DNA from: an uncultured Candidatus Saccharibacteria bacterium
GTDB lineage: Bacteria; Patescibacteriota; Andersenbacteria; UBA10190
NCBI GenBank assembly: GCA_964392095.1
Contig: CAYMOF010000001.1
Span: forward strand, 12,401 to 76,400
Reading direction: 5' to 3'
Length of the DNA: 64,000 nt
In this document: piece after piece, positions 57,913-64,000 of the stretch
Numbering within the stretch: the first letter of the stretch is position 1
Layout of the letters: every line of letters begins with the position of its first letter
Notes under the pieces: model-generated
The model's input: the letters and a program-made list of their open reading frames with translations, nothing else
Told to the model about the DNA's origin: nothing
Database searches by the model: none
Translations under genes and position numbers: made by a program

Positions 57913-59714
57913 ATGTCTATCCTGATCCTGCCCTGATCAACAGAAGAATATCCGGCAGAAAAGACGGTTCCCTCTTTCACATAATCCTTAGCCCCTTTTA
58001 CCGCCTGTTCTCTTTCCATTTCCGGTATTTTTTTTGATACTTCCTCACTGTCATCAGCCCACCCCTCCTCGCTAAGCCTGTAAGCCTCGACCCTTTTTAC
58101 ATTATCGCTATTAATCACGCCATTTTTAAACCCAAAGAAAACTATCCACTTGTAATGATCATCATATCCGGCTACTCCCACTGATCCAAGAGTCTTGTAA
58201 TCTACCGTTTCATTAATCCAATAAACACCTCCGTAAAACCTCTCGCTTACCGCCTCGTAGTATCCGGGCAACTCCCAGCCGGCCACTTCCGCCAGTAAAC
58301 CATAAACAGAAGATGTCGCACTAATAAATTTACCAGCTTTTTCTTGCCACCTGCCAGCACCTTCCCAGCCTTCTGAAGTTTTAAACATCATTGGCACCCG
58401 CAAGCGGTCCTCATAAAACTGATAACTATATCTGGTATAAGGCGGTACCGACCGGCCATGATCAGCCAATAACACAATATGACTCTGGGGAAAATACGAC
58501 TCCCCTTCCAACCAGGTCAACAGAGTTTCCAAAAACAAATCCAGCTGTTTCAAAGTCTCCCAATACCCGCTAAAAGCCGCGTTGTTTTTATCTTTTGTGC
58601 CTCTAATACTCGCGTAGGGCGGGTGGGCCCCAGGCAAATGCAAATGAACATAAGTCGGCTCCCGCCTAGCATTAGCTATAAATTGCGTCGCTGTTTTTAG
58701 GGACGGATATTTTCTTATCCGACCACTGCAAACATTTATGTACCTGTGAAAACCACGCGCGTGCCCATATTGAGGCCGCCACTTGGAAAAAAAAGTCAAG
58801 CCTAAGCTTTTGTAACCGTCACCCGAGGCCAATTCAGCCACCGTTTTTATACGAGGAGAAAGTGTCATTAATTTGTCGCTATAATGCCAAGTGTCATAGT
58901 CGTAAATCATATGCCTGGTTAAACCCAGGCCGGTCATCAAACAAGCCGAAGCGCTGCCGGTCACGCTAGCCGAACACACCGCCTTTTTAAAAACAATTGA
59001 ATTTTCGGCCATCTTATTAAACCCCTTCAGCTCCGTCCGGCCCCTTAGGTCACTAGCCGTCACCGCGTCAACAGATAATACCAACAACAGGGGGGGCTTT
59101 TGTCCTTTTTTTTTAAAACAAGCCCTAGTTAAAAAAACTTTTTTATCATTTTTTTTGCCGCTCTTATCTTTAACCTCGACGTCATCAACATAAACAGTTA
59201 AATTTCCCTCTTTACTTACTAATTGATCGGGAATCTCAACCAACAACTCCACCCACCAGTCTTCTTTATCAACATTTCTCGCAAAATCTCTGTCAAAACC
59301 GCACTTAAAACTATATTCTTCCCCCTCTTTGTTGCCGTAACCACTTCCAAAAATCATCCTGCCCTTCACCCGCAAAGACCCAATCTCTCCTACCGGCTTT
59401 CCCGTAAAAACCTCAAAAGACACTTCTCGACCCGCTTTTACCCCCTTCCTCTCATACACTTTCACTGGTCCGCTCTTGCCCCACTTTCTACAAAGCCTGC
59501 CTTCATAACTTTGATAATCACGTGTTTTTTCTTTATGAATCAAAACCACGCTCCTCTCTTTTTCAATCCCAACAACTCGACCGCGCTTGTATCTGCCAAC
59601 CTTCACGGACACCAGATACTTCACTTTCTCCCAGGCTTTCTTAATCTCTTCCCGCCAATTAAGCCTTTCTTCAAATACTAAAATCTGTTGCTTTTTATCG
59701 CTCACACTCCACAA
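57909..59714 (-). CDS. Alkaline-phosphatase-superfamily sulfatase-like protein with ~190-aa N-terminal soluble extension. Lacks the C/S-x-P-x-R FGly motif.
   Basis: LLLVLSVDAVTASDL (metal-binding Asp region), HLHLPGAHPPY, IVLLADHG (sulfatase/LtaS GDHG motif). The nucleophile region is TGSASACLMTG in place of CxPSRxxxLTG. No TM helix. The sense strand carries A9 (top T9 at 59106-59114). Confidence 0.6.
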   Translation of the reverse strand: MWSVSDKKQQILVFEERLNWREEIKKAWEKVKYLVSVKVGRYKRGRVVGIEKERSVVLIHKEKTRDYQSYEGRLCRKWGKSGPVKVYERKGVKAGREVSFEVFTGKPVGEIGSLRVKGRMIFGSGYGNKEGEEYSFKCGFDRDFARNVDKEDWWVELLVEIPDQLVSKEGNLTVYVDDVEVKDKSGKKNDKKVFLTRACFKKKGQKPPLLLVLSVDAVTASDLRGRTELKGFNKMAENSIVFKKAVCSASVTGSASACLMTGLGLTRHMIYDYDTWHYSDKLMTLSPRIKTVAELASGDGYKSLGLTFFSKWRPQYGHARGFHRYINVCSGRIRKYPSLKTATQFIANARREPTYVHLHLPGAHPPYASIRGTKDKNNAAFSGYWETLKQLDLFLETLLTWLEGESYFPQSHIVLLADHGRSVPPYTRYSYQFYEDRLRVPMMFKTSEGWEGAGRWQEKAGKFISATSSVYGLLAEVAGWELPGYYEAVSERFYGGVYWINETVDYKTLGSVGVAGYDDHYKWIVFFGFKNGVINSDNVKRVEAYRLSEEGWADDSEEVSKKIPEMEREQAVKGAKDYVKEGTVFSAGYSSVDQGRIRIDI

Positions 59715-59796
59715 CTATTAATTACATTTATTATTACATCCGGACCTGGATATTGGGATCGCCCCATATAATAATCCGCTTCTTTCACGTCACTCC

Positions 59797-62004
59797 TTAA
59801 TAAAACACTCTCTTTCCAGCCCCTACCCTTTTTCTAACCATCTCCTGAATCTCCCTCCGCATAAACCAGTCCGGCAGATCCCTGCCTTCCTGAAAAGCCT
59901 TGCGGGCCTGGGTACCGCTAATCATCTCCACTGTGCCCGCTTCACTCAAACTCACATAAGTTTTCCTTTTAGGATTAAAACCAACCGCCTCAAAGAATAC
60001 CGGCTCAACACCAATATCCCCAACCTTTTCAAATATTTCCTTTGTTTCTCTGGGCTTATAAAAATCTCCTACTCCAGTATGGTCGCGCCCGACAATAAAA
60101 TGGCTACACCCCATATTTTTCCTGCATAAGGCAGTAAATACTGCCTCCCTGGGGCCGGCGTATCTTGAATAAGTGGAAAAGCTTCCTAAAACAGCCCTGC
60201 CTTTAGGATAAGCTCCGTTTTTAATAGCCAGTTCATAGCTTCTCATTATCGGCCCCGTTAACCAGTCACCGCTTTTCTTAGGGCCTATCACCGGGCTCAA
60301 AAATAACCCGCTTGCTCCCGTCCTTTTAAGGGCCGTCAACTGCAAATACTCGTGCGCTCTATGCACCACATTTCTTGTATGAAAACCCACCACTTTACGC
60401 CACCCCTTATGGGTAAATATTTGCCGCGTCTGATGCGGATCCAGCTCATATTTCCGCCAAACAGAATCCCCTTTTTCTATCAATTCCACCTCTCCCGCTA
60501 TAAACATCTCCCCCGATTCCATAAACCTTCTCACTCCCGGATGATCCCGAGACGTTGTCTTAAACCACAGCCTGGCCGCTTCTTCCCGATCACATTCATA
60601 AACTTCGCTAACTTTCAATAAACTATGCTTTTTGCCCTTGCCATCTTTTAGAACAACTCTCATGCCCGGTTTAATTTTTTCAGCTCTTCTTCTATCTACC
60701 TGCAATATAACCGGCATAGTCCAAACGCACCCGTTCAGCAATTTCATATCATATAAAACACTAAACAGCTCGTCTTTAGTCATAAATCCAGAAACCGGTG
60801 AAAATGTGCCTAGAGCGATCTGCTCACAATCCATCAGGTCGGTATCCTCCACTGTCAAGCTCATCAAATCATCTAAATCTTCCTTTGAACCGCTATACAA
60901 ATTTTTCAAAAGTTTTCCCCCGTGAGGCTCCACCAGCATAGACACCGAAGTGGACACTATGAAGCTTTTCGTTTCTCCGACCTCCCTTTCATATTGCTTC
61001 ATTAATCTTATTATCATTTCCGCGCAAGCTACCGGATATCTGCCCACCGCCGTCTCAGCCGCTAACACCAAACCGTCAGCCCCGTCCGCTAAAGTGTTGT
61101 AAATATCATTAACTTCCGCCCTGGTAGGAACAGGCGCTTCCACCATAGATTCCAACAGATTAGTGGCCACGTAAACGCGCCTGTCCAGATTATGACACTC
61201 AGCAATTATTTTTTTCTGCAAACGAGGAAGCAGCTCTATTGAAGCCTCCCGCGACAAATCGCCTCGATCAATCAAGATATCGTTCGCGCTTGCGGCAATC
61301 TGCTTCAAATTTAACAACCCTTCTTCACATTCAATTTTCGCCGTAACCTTAAACCCTTCCCCAACAATTTCTCTCACCTCTTGTATATCTTCAACGCGAT
61401 GAGCAAAAGATAACGCCACGTTGCTTATCCCCAAACCTTTAACCTGCTTCAAAGCCTCTCTGTCTTTATCTGTTAAAGGAGATAACCTTATTTTTCTATC
61501 AACAGAAAGAGCTTTGTTCTGCTCAATTATCCCTTCTTCCAAAACCTTTAAAATCACTTTTTTCTCGTCTTTTACAATAACCCGCAACAAAACTTTTCTA
61601 TAATCAACGGTCACCAGATCCCCAACCCGCAAGCTTCTGCCTACTTCTTCTGGGTAAAAACTGAAATTAGGCCCCGCGGCTATCGCGTTACCCCCACCTT
61701 CTTTTAGATAAACCGTTAACTCCTCCTCCTCTTCCACCCAAATTTTTCTTCCTCCCTGATATCCCGTCCTGGGCTGGGCTCCTTCCGTATCAATACATAT
61801 CGGAACCGCGCTGTGTCTTCTAACCAGCCCCACCAAATTACCTAAATCATAAACATCCGTATGAGACATGTTGATTCTGAACAAATTAACCCCCAGATCC
61901 GTTAAGCTCCTTATTACCTCCGCGTTCATTGACGCCGGTCCCAAGGTGCACCAAACTTCTTTTCCCTTATTAAATTTGGATATTTCTGACATAAACTTCG
62001 TCAA
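59797..62004 (-). CDS. Fusion protein: pyruvate-kinase-like N-terminal domain (A+B domains, catalytic residues conserved) joined to a complete ATP sulfurylase (sulfate adenylyltransferase, Sat type)
   Basis: N-terminal part: TLGPAS..NLFRINMSHTD, IDTEGAQPRTG, KIECEEG, DRGDLS, ATNLLESMVEAPVPTRAEVNDIYNTLADGADGLVLAAETAVGRYP (PK signatures). C-terminal part: PUA-like segment LVEPHGGKLL..., then GFHTRNVVHRAHEYL (QTRNP.HRAHE motif) and IVGRDHTGVGDFY (GRDHAG motif). Confidence 0.75.
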   Translation of the reverse strand: MTKFMSEISKFNKGKEVWCTLGPASMNAEVIRSLTDLGVNLFRINMSHTDVYDLGNLVGLVRRHSAVPICIDTEGAQPRTGYQGGRKIWVEEEEELTVYLKEGGGNAIAAGPNFSFYPEEVGRSLRVGDLVTVDYRKVLLRVIVKDEKKVILKVLEEGIIEQNKALSVDRKIRLSPLTDKDREALKQVKGLGISNVALSFAHRVEDIQEVREIVGEGFKVTAKIECEEGLLNLKQIAASANDILIDRGDLSREASIELLPRLQKKIIAECHNLDRRVYVATNLLESMVEAPVPTRAEVNDIYNTLADGADGLVLAAETAVGRYPVACAEMIIRLMKQYEREVGETKSFIVSTSVSMLVEPHGGKLLKNLYSGSKEDLDDLMSLTVEDTDLMDCEQIALGTFSPVSGFMTKDELFSVLYDMKLLNGCVWTMPVILQVDRRRAEKIKPGMRVVLKDGKGKKHSLLKVSEVYECDREEAARLWFKTTSRDHPGVRRFMESGEMFIAGEVELIEKGDSVWRKYELDPHQTRQIFTHKGWRKVVGFHTRNVVHRAHEYLQLTALKRTGASGLFLSPVIGPKKSGDWLTGPIMRSYELAIKNGAYPKGRAVLGSFSTYSRYAGPREAVFTALCRKNMGCSHFIVGRDHTGVGDFYKPRETKEIFEKVGDIGVEPVFFEAVGFNPKRKTYVSLSEAGTVEMISGTQARKAFQEGRDLPDWFMRREIQEMVRKRVGAGKRVFY

Positions 62005-62069
62005 TTAACTACCTCTGCTTTCTAAGCATACTTTCCATGAAAACCAAATACAAACACTATTAAAACACA

Positions 62070-63860
62070 TTATCCGCCTTGCGCAGCCAGCAATCTCGCG
62101 TAGAGACCTCCTTTTTGTTTCAATTTCTCGTGAGCCCCTTCTTCCGTTATTTGGCCCCTGTCTAACACGACAATTCTGTCCGCGTCGGCTATGGTCGATA
62201 AACGGTGAGCAATAACCACACTCGTCCGCCCCGCCCCCACCCTGTCTAAAGCTTCCTGCACCAAATTCTCCGACTCGCTATCCAAAGCCGAAGTTGCCTC
62301 GTCTAGAATCAATATTTCCGGATTCCGCAAAACCGCCCTGGCAATAGCTATACGCTGTCTCTGTCCGCCCGACAGTCTTATACCCCTATCCCCCAGCATA
62401 GTATTATACCCCCCCTTAAAACTGGTGATAAATTCATGAGCGTTAGCTAATTTTGCCGCTCTTTTTATATCAGCAAACGTCGCTTTCTCATCCGCGAAAC
62501 CTATATTAGCCTTTATCGTGTCGTTAAACATAAACGTATCTTGCGTCACCACCCCAATATGCTCCCGCCAAGACTCGATTCTATAATCTCTCAAGTCCGT
62601 GCCATCAACCACAATCCTTCCCTCCTGCGGATCAAAAAACCTAAGCAGTAATCCAGCCACGGTAGATTTCCCCCCCCCTGAAGGCCCAACAATAGCCACC
62701 TTCTTTCCTTTTCTAACAACAAAAGACACGTTTCTTAAAGCATAATGATCGTCCTCACTATATGTAAAACCAATCTTTTTAAAAACGATCTCTTTTGCTA
62801 AACCGTTATAACTCTTCTCCCCATCCGGCAAATAAACCTTATTGCTTTTATTCAAAAACTCATCCAGTCCCTTAAGAGCCGGCAACACACCGGCTATACT
62901 CGCCCGCCCCTGGTTAATCATGGCTACCGGCACTATTAGCCTGAACAGAATAATCACAAAAGTTAAAAGCGCTTCCATCCACTTGTTAAGATCTCCGGCT
63001 AACAAAAAAGAGGCCACTATTAATATCAAAGCCAGCGACGTTACGCTTGTCATTTCAAACATTGGTAAAACCGATGCGTTGGCCCGCGCCCCCATGTAAG
63101 TGGCGTCAGCATTTTTGTCTATCGCCTTATACACCTCTCTTCTCACTAACTTTTCCCTGTTAAACGCTTTTATCACTCTCATTCCGCCAATAGCCGACAA
63201 TATCAGGTCATTAAGTTTTTTCATAGCTTCGTTCCCCAGTTTATTGGCCATCTCCGCTCTTTTCATTGCCCCCCTTAATGTCAGTGACGACAAAAATACC
63301 AGCACCAGCGAAACTATAGTTAATTGCCAGGATATAACAAACAGCATCATCAAAAGCACCAGTATTGTGAATAATTTCGGTATCATCGGCCCCACCGCAT
63401 TAACCAGAGTGCCCATCCAACTAGTGTAATAGGACGCGATAGTAAACAAATCTGAGCCTCTTTGCTTTTCCAGATAACCGGTGCTTACCTGCAACAACTG
63501 CGTAAAGCAGAATCGCCGAAACCTGCTCACGGTATTAGCCACTAAGCGAGCGGTAACTTTAGCGTTAAAGTAATAAACCGCCCCCTTTAACGTCGTTAAA
63601 ACCAAAAGCAGTACGGCCACCCGGCGGATACGATCCACGGCGCCTACGTCTGCAAACCAGCGCGCGAAAACATTCAGCGCCGCGGGCAGAGCGCTAACTT
63701 CACTGCCGCTCACGCCCTGAAGCAACGGAACCACCAGTGTCATTGTCAGTCCTTCCAACACCGACACCGCGACTCCTGATACCGCTAAACCGGCTACCAG
63801 CCAGGGAAACAATTTATACAGCCTGTATCCTCTTTTTATTAAATCAATATAAACCCGCAT
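62070..63860 (-). CDS. ABC exporter, fused TMD-NBD (MsbA/type I exporter-like)
   Basis: Six-helix TMD, then Walker A GPSGGGKST, signature LSGGQRQRIAIARA, Walker B ILILDEAT. The track ORF starts at TTG 63896. The first ATG is at 63858-63860 (MRVYIDL...). Confidence 0.85.
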   Translation of the reverse strand: MRVYIDLIKRGYRLYKLFPWLVAGLAVSGVAVSVLEGLTMTLVVPLLQGVSGSEVSALPAALNVFARWFADVGAVDRIRRVAVLLLVLTTLKGAVYYFNAKVTARLVANTVSRFRRFCFTQLLQVSTGYLEKQRGSDLFTIASYYTSWMGTLVNAVGPMIPKLFTILVLLMMLFVISWQLTIVSLVLVFLSSLTLRGAMKRAEMANKLGNEAMKKLNDLILSAIGGMRVIKAFNREKLVRREVYKAIDKNADATYMGARANASVLPMFEMTSVTSLALILIVASFLLAGDLNKWMEALLTFVIILFRLIVPVAMINQGRASIAGVLPALKGLDEFLNKSNKVYLPDGEKSYNGLAKEIVFKKIGFTYSEDDHYALRNVSFVVRKGKKVAIVGPSGGGKSTVAGLLLRFFDPQEGRIVVDGTDLRDYRIESWREHIGVVTQDTFMFNDTIKANIGFADEKATFADIKRAAKLANAHEFITSFKGGYNTMLGDRGIRLSGGQRQRIAIARAVLRNPEILILDEATSALDSESENLVQEALDRVGAGRTSVVIAHRLSTIADADRIVVLDRGQITEEGAHEKLKQKGGLYARLLAAQGG

Positions 63861-63879
63861 AGCTAAATGGTACTTTATA

Positions 63880-63919
63880 ACCACCGGCCAACACAAAACT
63901 CCCGAAGGGATCCTTTGGG
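63880..63919 (-). terminator. Weak hairpin followed by a U-tract on the minus strand (possible terminator for an off-window upstream gene, or 5'-leader structure of the ABC gene)
   Basis: Imperfect hairpin at 63901-63919 (CCCGAAGGGATCCTTTGGG). On the minus-strand transcript it is followed by AGUUUUGUGUU. The stem is interrupted by mismatches on that strand. Confidence 0.2.
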
Positions 63920-64000
63920 AACAGATTTGTATTTCCTTATCCTCCCGCCTACTTTGATATATATGCCTGAAAACCCCAAAAGAACGCCTGTTGATGTTGC

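Noticed and set aside
57909-59714. Call as a classical formylglycine-dependent sulfatase
   Set aside because: No C/S-x-P-x-R motif at the expected position (TGSASACLMTG instead). Retained only as AlkP-superfamily sulfatase-like.
1-64000. CRISPR arrays, tRNA or rRNA genes
   Set aside because: No arrays of regularly spaced direct repeats and no cloverleaf- or rRNA-like conserved stretches were seen. Nearly all sequence is accounted for by long protein-coding ORFs.

Overview
The window is a gene-dense cell-envelope glycan biosynthesis and decoration super-locus, about 97% coding, with many 4-8 nt start/stop overlaps. There are no rRNA, tRNA, CRISPR, transposase or integrase genes. By motif reading of the supplied ORFs I count roughly 12 GT4-type GT-B glycosyltransferases, 6 GT2 enzymes (four of the DPM1/GtrB/ArnC polyprenol-phosphate type), 2 GT9, 1 GT8-like, and one TagF-like phosphotransferase. 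The membrane components include at least 6 large polytopic proteins (YfhO-like, ArnT/PMT-like, and unassigned candidates) and 3 MOP-superfamily flippases (two Wzx-like, one MurJ-like). The window also holds 1 MsbA-like ABC exporter, 7 SAM-dependent methyltransferases (two FkbM-type), 2 LicD paralogs, a NodB deacetylase, an ATP-grasp ligase and a Mur-ligase-family protein. Further items are an M14-like peptidase and a DegT-family protein whose Schiff-base Lys is replaced by His, which is a ColD/E1-type dehydratase signature. The most unusual block is at 52.4-62.0 kb. It holds a PAPS-type sulfotransferase, an alkaline-phosphatase-superfamily sulfatase-like protein lacking the FGly motif, and a single polypeptide fusing a pyruvate-kinase-like N-terminal domain (catalytic residues intact) to a complete homo-oligomeric-type ATP sulfurylase. 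No APS kinase is present in the window. Other notable features are a strong top-strand C>G asymmetry across both gene orientations, a ~60% GC frameshifted MBL-fold gene, and a 120-bp GC-rich element with perfect 15-bp terminal inverted repeats and nested hairpins. There are also several apparent frameshifts or splits and A/T homopolymers of 8-9 nt inside glycosyltransferase genes. All calls rest on my own reading of the translated ORFs; no database searches were run.
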